A stretch of DNA of 64,000 bases from Casimicrobiaceae bacterium (GTDB taxonomy: Bacteria > Pseudomonadota > Gammaproteobacteria > Burkholderiales > Casimicrobiaceae), in contig DAOMGB010000007.1 of assembly GCA_035430095.1 (NCBI GenBank), forward strand, positions 15,267-79,266, read 5' to 3'. Numbering within the stretch: the first letter of the stretch is position 1; each line of letters begins with the position of its first letter. The notes below the pieces were generated by a model, which worked only from the letters and a program-made list of their open reading frames with translations, did not search any database and was not told where the DNA came from. Position numbers and translations under genes: made by a program. Below are positions 39,844-49,635 of this stretch, one piece after another.

Positions 39844-41724
39844 GTGAGCAATCCGGCACCCGACCGAAAGCGCACGGCCGCCCTCATGATCGGCGCCATA
39901 GGCGTCGTCTACGGCGACATCGGCACCAGCCCGCTTTACACGCTGCGCGAGGCGTTCCATGGGGCGCACGGCCTGCCGCTGACGACCGCCAACGTGCTCG
40001 GCGTGCTGTCGGTGATCTTCTGGGCGCTGGTGATCATCGTGACGTTGAAGTACGTGACGCTCGTGCTGCGCGCCGACAACCGCGGCGAAGGCGGCGTGCT
40101 GGCGCTGACCGCGCTCGTCTCGCGCGGGCTGGAAGGACAGCCGAGGCGGCGCTGGTGGCTGGTGGGCTTCGGCATCTTCGGCGCGGCGATGTTCTACGGC
40201 GACGGCATGATCACGCCGGCGATTTCGGTGCTGTCGGCGGTCGAGGGCCTCGAGGTGATGGCGCCGCAGCTGCACCAGTACATCGTCCCGACCACGCTCG
40301 CGATCCTCGTCGCGCTGTTCGCAATCCAGCGCCACGGCACCAGCCGGGTGGGTGCGCTGTTCGGACCGGTCATGTGCGTCTGGTTCGTCGTGATCGGGGG
40401 CCTGGGAGTCGCGGGCGTCCTTCGTCATCCGGGCGTGCTCGAGGCGATCAATCCGTCGTACGCGATCGCATTCTTCGTCGACAATCCGAGGCTCTCGTTC
40501 CTGGCGCTGGGCGCCATCGTGCTGGCCGTGACCGGCACGGAGGCGCTCTACGCCGACATGGGACACTTCGGCAAGTCGCCGATCCGCCGCGCGTGGGCGC
40601 TGTTCGTGATGCCCGCGCTGGTGCTCAACTATTTCGGCCAGGGCGCGCTGATCCTGTCGAACCCGGCAGCGGTCAAGAACCCGTTCTATCTGCTGGCGCC
40701 GGCGTGGGGACTGCTGCCGCTGGTGGTGCTTGCGACCTGCGCCACGGTCATCGCCTCGCAGGCGGTCATCTCCGGGGCGTTCTCGCTGACCCGGCAGGCG
40801 ATCCAGATGGGGTACTGCCCACGCCTCACGATCATGCACACGTCGGAGAAGCAGATCGGGCAGATCTACGTCCCGTTCATCAACTGGGCGCTCCTCATTT
40901 CAGTGGTGCTGCTGGTCATCGGCTTCAAGAGTTCGAGCAACCTGGCCGGCGCCTACGGCATCGCGGTGACGCTGGCGATGCTGATCGACTCGATCTCGCT
41001 GTTCGTGGTGATGCGGCGCCTGTGGAACTGGCCGATCGTGATCGCCCTGGCCGTGGCCGTCCCGTTCATGCTGATCGACTTCGCGTTCCTGGCGTCGAAT
41101 TCGCTGAAGATTCCGGAAGGCGGCTGGTTCCCGATCCTGAGCGGCATCGTCGTGTTCACGCTGCTGACGACCTGGAAGAAAGGACGTTCGGTTCTGATGG
41201 GCAAGCTCTCCGACGACGCGATGCCGCTCGACGTGTTCATCCAGAGCGTGACGGCGGCGCCGCCGACGCGCGTCGCGGGTACGGCGATCTTTCTGACGTC
41301 GTCGCCCAACCGCGTGCCGCATGCGCTGCTGCACAACCTCAAGCACAACAAGGTGCTGCACGAGCGCGTGGTCTTCCTCACGGTCCTGACCGAGGACATT
41401 CCCGCGGTGTCGCCCGAGGACCGCTACGAAGCCCTGCCGCTGGGCTGCGAGTTCTACCAGATCGTCGCGCGCTACGGGTTCAAGGAAGACCCCGACATCC
41501 CGGAACTCCTGGAACAGTGCGGTCGACGCGGCTTCGTCTTCGACATGATGGACACGTCGTTCTTCGTTTCGCGCGAGTCGCTGATTGCCACCGTGGCGCC
41601 GGGCATGGCGCTGTGGCGCGAGCGCCTCTTCGTGTCGATGTCGAAGAACGCGACCAAGGCATCCGACTTCTTCAGCATTCCCTCCAATCGGGTGGTGGAA
41701 TTGGGAACGCAGGTCGAGCTCTAG
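39844..41724 (+). CDS. kup: Potassium transporter Kup
   Basis: GVVYGDIGTSPLY, GEGG, YGDGMITPAISV, EALYADMGHF and VVELGTQV motifs. Confidence 0.97.
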   Translation: MSNPAPDRKRTAALMIGAIGVVYGDIGTSPLYTLREAFHGAHGLPLTTANVLGVLSVIFWALVIIVTLKYVTLVLRADNRGEGGVLALTALVSRGLEGQPRRRWWLVGFGIFGAAMFYGDGMITPAISVLSAVEGLEVMAPQLHQYIVPTTLAILVALFAIQRHGTSRVGALFGPVMCVWFVVIGGLGVAGVLRHPGVLEAINPSYAIAFFVDNPRLSFLALGAIVLAVTGTEALYADMGHFGKSPIRRAWALFVMPALVLNYFGQGALILSNPAAVKNPFYLLAPAWGLLPLVVLATCATVIASQAVISGAFSLTRQAIQMGYCPRLTIMHTSEKQIGQIYVPFINWALLISVVLLVIGFKSSSNLAGAYGIAVTLAMLIDSISLFVVMRRLWNWPIVIALAVAVPFMLIDFAFLASNSLKIPEGGWFPILSGIVVFTLLTTWKKGRSVLMGKLSDDAMPLDVFIQSVTAAPPTRVAGTAIFLTSSPNRVPHALLHNLKHNKVLHERVVFLTVLTEDIPAVSPEDRYEALPLGCEFYQIVARYGFKEDPDIPELLEQCGRRGFVFDMMDTSFFVSRESLIATVAPGMALWRERLFVSMSKNATKASDFFSIPSNRVVELGTQVEL

Positions 41725-41739
41725 GCAGCTCTCAGGCAA

Positions 41740-41768
41740 GAAAACGCCGGCGCGGGGCCGGCGTTTTC
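41740..41768. terminator. Bidirectional intrinsic terminator between kup and rpoH
   Basis: GAAAACGCCGGC-GCGGG-GCCGGCGTTTTC, 12-bp stem with A/T tails. Confidence 0.85.
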
Positions 41769-41792
41769 ACTTGCGGCTTCGGAAGAGCGTCG

Positions 41793-42653
41793 CTACGGCG
41801 TCTGCACCATCTGGCCGCGGATGGTCTTCATCGCCTTGCTCTCGATCTGGCGAATCCGCTCGGCGGACACGCCGTACTCGTTGGCCAGTTCCTGCAGCGT
41901 CGACGCCGAATCGTCCTCGCGCAGCCAGCGGGCCTCGATGATGCGGCGGCTGCGATCGTCCAGCTTGGCCAGCGCCGTCGTGAGGCCCCTGGTGCGGTTC
42001 TGCGCCGTCTGCTTTCGCTCGAGTATCCTGCTCGGCTCGTCGTCGCTGTCCGTCAGGTAGGCAATGGGCGAAACGCTGTTGTCCTCGTCACTTGGCGTCG
42101 GATCGATCGAGATGTCGTGCCCGGTGAGGCGCGTTTCCATCTCGACCACTTCCTCGGGCTTCACGCCCAGGTCCTTCGCGATGGCTTTCGCCTCGGTGAC
42201 CGACAACGCGGCCGAACTGGCCTTCATGCTGCGCAGGTTGAAGAAGAGCTTGCGCTGCGCCTTGGTCGTGGCGACTTTCACCAGCCGCCAATTGCGCAGG
42301 ATGTACTCGTGCATCTCGGCGCGGATCCAGTGCAGCGCGAACGAGACCAGTCGCACGCCGCGCTCCGGATCGAAGCGGCGCACCGCCTTCATCAATCCGA
42401 CATTGCCTTCCTGGATCAGGTCCGCCTGCGGCAAGCCATAGCCGACGTAGTTGCGCGACACGGCGACCACCAGCCGAAGGTGCGACAGCACCAGCGAACG
42501 CGCGGCGTCGATGTCGTCATCCGCCTGCAGCCTCCGCCCAAGCTCGGTCTCCTGCTCCTGCGTCAACAGCGGAAACCGGTTGACCGCCTGGATGTAATGG
42601 TCGAGGCTCCCGAGGGATGCGGGGGTCGGAAAGGCCAGCGTCGTGCTCGTCAT
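41793..42653 (-). CDS. rpoH: RNA polymerase sigma-32
   Basis: DLIQEGNVGLMKAV, RpoH box QRKLFFNLR and VSAERIRQIE motifs. Confidence 0.98.
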   Translation of the reverse strand: MTSTTLAFPTPASLGSLDHYIQAVNRFPLLTQEQETELGRRLQADDDIDAARSLVLSHLRLVVAVSRNYVGYGLPQADLIQEGNVGLMKAVRRFDPERGVRLVSFALHWIRAEMHEYILRNWRLVKVATTKAQRKLFFNLRSMKASSAALSVTEAKAIAKDLGVKPEEVVEMETRLTGHDISIDPTPSDEDNSVSPIAYLTDSDDEPSRILERKQTAQNRTRGLTTALAKLDDRSRRIIEARWLREDDSASTLQELANEYGVSAERIRQIESKAMKTIRGQMVQTP

Positions 42654-42723
42654 GCCAGGTCTCCAGTAGATGGGCGCCGCAATCAAACCTTGGAGTGCAA
42701 AACCGCCGACACCCAAGTTAATT

Positions 42724-42750
42724 TTAGCACTCGCGACATTGGAGTGCTAA
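42724..42750. promoter_or_regulatory. CIRCE element (HrcA operator) upstream of rpoH
   Basis: Exact TTAGCACTC-N9(GCGACATTG)-GAGTGCTAA. Confidence 0.97.
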
Positions 42751-43077
42751 GTCTGCTCCAAGTTCCTGACCAATTCAATCAGGTTTACATTCGATCGTCA
42801 AAATCGAGGGGGGTTCCCGGCCAAGGGGTGAACGAGCTCATCCAATCGGATAAGGCCATTCCGTGAGTGTGAGTGAACACTATCAGCAGGATTCGCCCCT
42901 GCTTCGTTCGCGATTGGAATCGGGCTTCCTCGCACGTGCCGGGATGGGCCAAGGCACCGGTGCCACGCCAACAGGGCGGGCAGGTCGGGTCGCAAACGCC
43001 GAACCTTTCTCCCTGTCGGCCCCCGCCCACTACAATGGCATGGTGACGCCTGCCGCCTTGTCGAGCTCCCCAAACCC

Positions 43078-43839
43078 ATGCAACGCCCAGTGACCCGCAA
43101 AGAGACAGGCGTCGTAGTGACGCTTGTGGCATTCGTCGCGATATGGCTGTTCATGCCCTACCTTCCCCAGCCGCAGGGTTATCACACATTTGCGGATCAA
43201 CGGTCGTGGCTGGGCATCCCGAACGCGGCCGACGTCCTTTCCAACCTGGCCTTTGTGTACGTGGGGCTCCTCGGGCTGGTCCGGCTGCAACAGGGGGGGC
43301 GCCCGCTGAAACCTGTGGTGCGCCTCAGCCTGAATGTCTTTTTCCTGGGCATTTTCCTGACGGGTTTCGGCTCGGCGTATTTTCACTGGAACCCAACCGA
43401 CGACACCCTGGTCTGGGACCGCTTGCCCATGACCGTCGCATTTGCGGGCGTGTTCGGGACGATGCTTGCCGAGCGCGTTAGCGTGCGAAGCGGATTGGCA
43501 GTGCTGCTGCTGACGCTGGTCGTGGGTCCGGCGAGCGTCGTCTGGTGGAAGAACACGGGCGACCTCGCCATGTACGCCGTTGTACAGTTCGGCGGCATGG
43601 CCGCGATATTGCTGATCCTCAGCCTGACCGAAAAGGGCCACGACCCGTTTCCGTGGTGGGCGTTGCTGGCCTGGTATGCGGTCGCCAAGGTCCTCGAGGC
43701 CGGCGACTTCCTGGTCTGGAACGCAAGCAGGGAATTGTTCGCAGGACATGCGTTCAAGCACATTGCGGCCGCACTCGGCGCGCTGGCGGTCGCCAATGCA
43801 CTGCGACCTTCCGCCGCGGCGGTGCCCGTTCGAACGTGA
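43078..43839 (+). CDS. CREST-superfamily membrane hydrolase (alkaline ceramidase-like)
   Basis: About 7 TM helices; YHTFADQR, SN, GSAYFH (SxxxH), WDRLPM and GHAFKH (HxxxH) motifs. Confidence 0.82.
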   Translation: MQRPVTRKETGVVVTLVAFVAIWLFMPYLPQPQGYHTFADQRSWLGIPNAADVLSNLAFVYVGLLGLVRLQQGGRPLKPVVRLSLNVFFLGIFLTGFGSAYFHWNPTDDTLVWDRLPMTVAFAGVFGTMLAERVSVRSGLAVLLLTLVVGPASVVWWKNTGDLAMYAVVQFGGMAAILLILSLTEKGHDPFPWWALLAWYAVAKVLEAGDFLVWNASRELFAGHAFKHIAAALGALAVANALRPSAAAVPVRT

Positions 43840-43897
43840 AGCCGACCCCGCCGTTTGCCTCGGTCCCTTGGCGGTCCCGCGTTAGGTTGCATCGTCG

Positions 43898-44938
43898 ATG
43901 ACGACCACAGGAACACGCCGCGCGCCGAATTTCCCCGCGCGGTTGCTGAGGGTGTTCGGTTGGATGCTCCGCGCGATCGGCTATCTGTGCGGGTTCCTCC
44001 TGCTGGCCTGGGCGACGCTGGCCATCAACTTCTCGAATCTTCCGTGGACGTGGTTGCGTCTGGCGCTGGCGGTCTGCTTTGCCGCGTTCGGCGTCTGGGC
44101 GCTGTGGATCACGCGCCGGCCGCGCATGCCGTGGGTGTTCGCGGGACTGTTCCTAGTCGTCTGCGCGTGGTGGGCGACCATTCTTCCATCGCACGACCGC
44201 GAGTGGCGGAAGGACGTCGCGGTCATGCCGCGGGCAACCATCGACGGGGACATCGTGCGCATCGCCAACGTCCGCGATTTCGACTATCGGACGCGGAACG
44301 ATTTCACCGTTCGCTACAAGGAGCGGGAGGTTTCGCTCGCGCACCTGACCGGCGTCGACTTTTATGTGTCGTTCTGGATGGAGGGCCCCATCGGCCATAC
44401 GTTCCTGAGCTTCATGTTCGACAATGCGCCGCCGCTGGCCGTTTCGATCGAAACGCGACCCGAGGTCGACGAAGGCTATTCGCCGATCGCGTCGATGTTC
44501 AAGCAGTACGAGCTGATTTACGTCGTTGGCGACGAGCGCGACCTGGTCCGGTTGCGCACCAACTTCCGGGACGAGGAAGTCTTTCTCTACCACCTGCGGA
44601 TATCGCCCGAGGCCGCGCGTCGCCTTTTCCTCGTATACCTTGAACGGATCAACGAGCTCTACGATCGTGCGGAGTGGTACCACCTGCTCTCCAACAGCTG
44701 CACCATCAATATCGTGCGCTACGCAAATGTCGCCGGCCGCGTCGGCACGCTCGACATTCGCCACGTCCTGAACGGACTGATCGATCGTTATTTCTACAAT
44801 GTGGGCCTGGTGAACACGAGCCTGGGATTTGCCGAACTGCGTCGGCGCTCGAACATCACCCAGGTCTCGCAGGCCGCCGGAAACGGCGACGACTACTGGC
44901 AGCGCATCCGCGCCAATCTACCGCCGGCGAATCCCTGA
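43898..44938 (+). CDS. DUF4105 (Lnb N-terminal-like) membrane-anchored His/Cys protein
   Basis: Three N-terminal TMs, then NVRDFDY, GHTFLSF, SIETR, YELIYVVGDERD and YHLLSNSCT motifs. Confidence 0.82.
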   Translation: MTTTGTRRAPNFPARLLRVFGWMLRAIGYLCGFLLLAWATLAINFSNLPWTWLRLALAVCFAAFGVWALWITRRPRMPWVFAGLFLVVCAWWATILPSHDREWRKDVAVMPRATIDGDIVRIANVRDFDYRTRNDFTVRYKEREVSLAHLTGVDFYVSFWMEGPIGHTFLSFMFDNAPPLAVSIETRPEVDEGYSPIASMFKQYELIYVVGDERDLVRLRTNFRDEEVFLYHLRISPEAARRLFLVYLERINELYDRAEWYHLLSNSCTINIVRYANVAGRVGTLDIRHVLNGLIDRYFYNVGLVNTSLGFAELRRRSNITQVSQAAGNGDDYWQRIRANLPPANP

Positions 44939-45005
44939 CTGGCTTTGGGGGCCGGATGTTTCCTCCAATGGCGCAGATTTTCTCCGGAAAATACCTGCTG
45001 GTCCC

Positions 45006-46877
45006 ATGAATCGCGCAGTCTTCCTGAGCTACTCGTCGCAGGATGCCGACGCAGCGCGGCGCATCGCCGAGGCACTCCGCGCCGTCGGAATCGAAGTGTG
45101 GTTCGACCAGAGCGAACTCGTCGGCGGCGACGCGTGGGACCAGAAGATCCGGCAGCAGATCCGAGAGTGCGCGCTGTTCGTGCCGATCATCTCGGCGACC
45201 ACCCAGAGCCGCCGCGAGGCCTATTTCCGGCTGGAGTGGAAGCTCGCGGACGAGCGGACGCACCTGATGGCCAAGGGGACGCCTTTCATTCTGCCGGTGG
45301 CCATCGACGAGACGAAGGATCGCGACGCGTTGGTTCCCGATTCGTTCCTGGCCGTGCAGTGGACGAAACTGCCGGGCGGCGAAACGCCTGCGGCCTTTTG
45401 CGGACGCGTGCAACGGCTGCTGGGCGGCGACGCACCGACGGGCGGACCGGCTCCCGACAAGCCGACACCTTTGCCGGCGCGGACTCCGACACGCTGGCTC
45501 GTGCCCGCGGTCGTCGGCGCAATCCTGGTCGCGGTGCTGTCGGGCGTTGCAGTCTGGCGACCCTGGCAGCAGTCGGCGAGGTCGGGAGAGACCGCGCCCC
45601 CGTCGACGTCAGCCGCCACGCGCGAGCTGATCGCCCAGGCGAAGGCGTTGCTGGGCGACCCGATGCGGGTGAAGGAAAACTACCTTGCGGTCGAGGATCT
45701 CGGCGCGCGGGCGGTCGCGCTGGACCCGCAGGATGCCAGTGCATGGACGATCTACGCCGAGGCAGCGATCGGATTGATCTCCAGCTACAACGACCAGTCC
45801 GAGCAGCAGCGTGCCAATGCACGCAGTCGGGTGGAACGAGCGATTCGATTGGCGCCGGACTCGCTCGACGCTGCGCTTGCGATGGCGAATTTCGAATTGT
45901 CGCAGGAGGACGACCGCGGGACTCCGGCGCTGGAGCAGCGGCTGCGTTCGTTGCTTGTCACGTTCCCCTCGGACAAGCGCGTCTTGCGGGCGCTGGGTGA
46001 CTCGCTGGAACGGCAGGGCAAGTTCGACGAGGCGATCGCCGCCTACGATCGGAGCAATGGCCTGCCCGGCGGCGATGCGGCAGCGCTGGCGAAGAAAGCG
46101 TGGGCGCTGCGCGACGCACGCCGGGCCGAAGACGGGGTGGAGGCCGCCGCCGCCTCGATTGCCCTGCAGCCAAACACGGAGGCCTATGGCGCCAAGCTGA
46201 TACTCCTCTACGGCCTGGGCGATCTGGAGCGCACCCGCGCAGTGATCGAAACGCTTCCGCCCGCGCAACTGCGCGAGGACCGCGTTGCCTTTGTTGCGTA
46301 TAACATGTGGATGCAGCTGCGCCAGCCCGACAAGGCGGCGGAAGCGCTGCGACGCCTCGATCACGACTTCATCAGGGAAGGCAGGATCGCCATGCCGACG
46401 CGCCTCGGCCTCGGCGAGGCGCAACGCGCTGCGGGCCGGGCCAACGCCGCGGCAATCGAATACGAGTCGGCGCTGGCAACGGTGAACCAGCGGCTGCAGG
46501 CGGAGCCAACGAGTGCAGACCTCGCTTCATGGAAGGCCTTGCTGCTTGCCCGACTGGGCCGCAAGGCCGAGGCCGCGCAGTGGTTTCAAACCACGCTCGA
46601 ACTCAGGGGAGTCAAACCCGACGACCTGGCGAAGATCGGGCCGAGAACCCTCATCGCCCTTGGCCGGCCCGACGATGCAATCGCCGGGATGGAGTTGAGA
46701 TTTCGCGCCGGCGGCCGCGCTGCACGAATGCCTTACCTGCACACGGACCCCGATCTCGACCCACTGCGCGACATGCCGCGTTTCAAGGCACTGGTCAAGG
46801 CGTACGACGAAAGGAAACTGCAGGCTCCGCAGGACGATACGGCTACGGCGACAAAGGCGGCAGCGCGCCCACGCTAG
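45006..46877 (+). CDS. TIR domain - transmembrane - TPR repeat protein
   Basis: VFLSYS, VWFD, GGDAW, FVPIIS and FRLEW TIR motifs; TM at 45495-45557; TPR-like helices; C-terminal DPDLDPLRDMPRF. Confidence 0.88.
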   Translation: MNRAVFLSYSSQDADAARRIAEALRAVGIEVWFDQSELVGGDAWDQKIRQQIRECALFVPIISATTQSRREAYFRLEWKLADERTHLMAKGTPFILPVAIDETKDRDALVPDSFLAVQWTKLPGGETPAAFCGRVQRLLGGDAPTGGPAPDKPTPLPARTPTRWLVPAVVGAILVAVLSGVAVWRPWQQSARSGETAPPSTSAATRELIAQAKALLGDPMRVKENYLAVEDLGARAVALDPQDASAWTIYAEAAIGLISSYNDQSEQQRANARSRVERAIRLAPDSLDAALAMANFELSQEDDRGTPALEQRLRSLLVTFPSDKRVLRALGDSLERQGKFDEAIAAYDRSNGLPGGDAAALAKKAWALRDARRAEDGVEAAAASIALQPNTEAYGAKLILLYGLGDLERTRAVIETLPPAQLREDRVAFVAYNMWMQLRQPDKAAEALRRLDHDFIREGRIAMPTRLGLGEAQRAAGRANAAAIEYESALATVNQRLQAEPTSADLASWKALLLARLGRKAEAAQWFQTTLELRGVKPDDLAKIGPRTLIALGRPDDAIAGMELRFRAGGRAARMPYLHTDPDLDPLRDMPRFKALVKAYDERKLQAPQDDTATATKAAARPR

Positions 46878-46878
46878 G

Positions 46879-47138
46879 TGTCAATCATCAAGACGCTATT
46901 ACCGGGTTGAATGCCGTAGATTCATACAAGCCAGCGTCGTCCCCGTGTACGACTTCCAGGTCCCTGTCGTCCCCGCGAACGACATCCAGGCCCCTGTCGT
47001 CCCCGCGAACGCGGGGACCCAGCGACTTCCGTCGGATTTCGCGAGACCGGAACACGACGACACTGGATTCCCGCGTTCGCGGGAACGACGGATGAGAACA
47101 ATTCATGCATTGCGGAAACAACGCCTTGAAGCTTCACA
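46879..47138. mobile_element. Putative IS481-type MITE, copy B (260 bp)
   Basis: TGT...ACA ends, perfect GCTAGG duplication (46873-78 and 47139-44), terminal inverted repeats matching 19/26, internal REP doublet. Confidence 0.88.
46936..47010 (+). repeat. 2.5 copies of a 30-bp tandem unit inside MITE copy B
   Basis: GTCGTCCCCG starts at 46936, 46966 and 46996; accounts for the 60-bp length difference from copy A. Confidence 0.9.
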
Positions 47139-47185
47139 GCTAGGCCGCCAGCGCGTCGAAGGCCACGGCGGCAGCGGGTCGACGG

Positions 47186-48136
47186 CTATGGCAGCAACGC
47201 GTCCACGAATTCCCGCGCGACGAAAGGCCGAAGGTCGTCGACCTGCTCGCCCACACCGATGAAGCGCAGCGGCACAGGATGCTGCTTGGCAATGGCCGCG
47301 ACGACACCGCCCTTGGCGCTGCCATCGAGCTTGGTGACGATGAGTCCGGTCAGGCCGACGGCTTCGTCGAAGGCGCGCACCTGCGCCAGCGCGTTCTGGC
47401 CGGTGTTGGCGTCGAGAACCAGCACCACTTCATGCGGCGCGCCTTGCTGCGCCTTCGCGAGCACGCGCTTCACCTTGCGCAGTTCCTCCATCAGGTGACC
47501 CTGCGTTGGCAGGCGCCCCGCGGTGTCGGCGAGCACGACGTCGATGCCGCGCGCGCGCGCCGCCGACACCGCGTCGAACATGACGGCCGCCGGGTCGCCG
47601 GCGGCCTGCTGGATCACCGCGACGTTGTTCCGCTCGCCCCACACGGTCAGCTGCTCGCGTGCCGCCGCGCGGAAAGTGTCGCCCGCCGCGAGCAACACCG
47701 ACAGGTTCTGCGATTGCAACCACTTGGCGAGCTTGCCGATGGACGTGGTCTTGCCCGCGCCGTTGACGCCGACCAGCATGATGACGAAGGGTCGCTGCGG
47801 CCCCACGACCAGCGGGGATTCGAGAGGCGCGAGGAGATCGGCCATCGCGCCGGCCAGCGTGTCGCGGGGTTCGGCGTCGGCGCTCGCCCGCTTCCAGCGC
47901 AGCTTGAGGTCGTCGAGCAGATGCTGTGTGGCGTCCACGCCCACGTCGGCCGTCAGCAACGCGGCCTCGAGCTCCCTTTCCGCGTCGTCGTCGAGAACCC
48001 GCCGCACGAAGACGTCGCCCAGCGCGTTGGCCAACTTCTCGCGCGACAAGCCAAGTCCCGCCTTGAGGCGCTCGGTCCACGACGGCTTGTCCGGCGAGGC
48101 GGTGTCGGTGGGGGTCTTCTTGAACAGGTCGAACAT
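47186..48136 (-). CDS. ftsY: SRP receptor FtsY (NG-only form)
   Basis: GVNGAGKTT, DTFRAAA, DTAGR, TKLDGSAKGG and GVGE motifs. Confidence 0.98.
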   Translation of the reverse strand: MFDLFKKTPTDTASPDKPSWTERLKAGLGLSREKLANALGDVFVRRVLDDDAERELEAALLTADVGVDATQHLLDDLKLRWKRASADAEPRDTLAGAMADLLAPLESPLVVGPQRPFVIMLVGVNGAGKTTSIGKLAKWLQSQNLSVLLAAGDTFRAAAREQLTVWGERNNVAVIQQAAGDPAAVMFDAVSAARARGIDVVLADTAGRLPTQGHLMEELRKVKRVLAKAQQGAPHEVVLVLDANTGQNALAQVRAFDEAVGLTGLIVTKLDGSAKGGVVAAIAKQHPVPLRFIGVGEQVDDLRPFVAREFVDALLP

Positions 48137-48245
48137 GGCGGGATACTGTGCAAGCCGCGGCACGGTGGCCGGCGGAAGCTAGAATTCTACCGGTTCCGCC
48201 CCGCGCGCCTGTCCGTTCCCTCACTTCCGCTCATTTGCCTTTTCC

Positions 48246-49580
<1,335 letters not shown>

Positions 49581-49635
49581 GTTAAGTGCGGCCCGCGCTC
49601 CGCCGTGGCGGATTCGATCCGGCGCACGGACGACG

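Noticed and set aside
46936..47020. CRISPR array
   Set aside because: The 30-bp units are nearly identical throughout, with no unique spacers and no cas genes; it is a tandem repeat inside a MITE.
46888..47262. Small ORFs within or across the MITE copies (also 27208-27495)
   Set aside because: Translations of palindromic repeat DNA with no transposase motifs.
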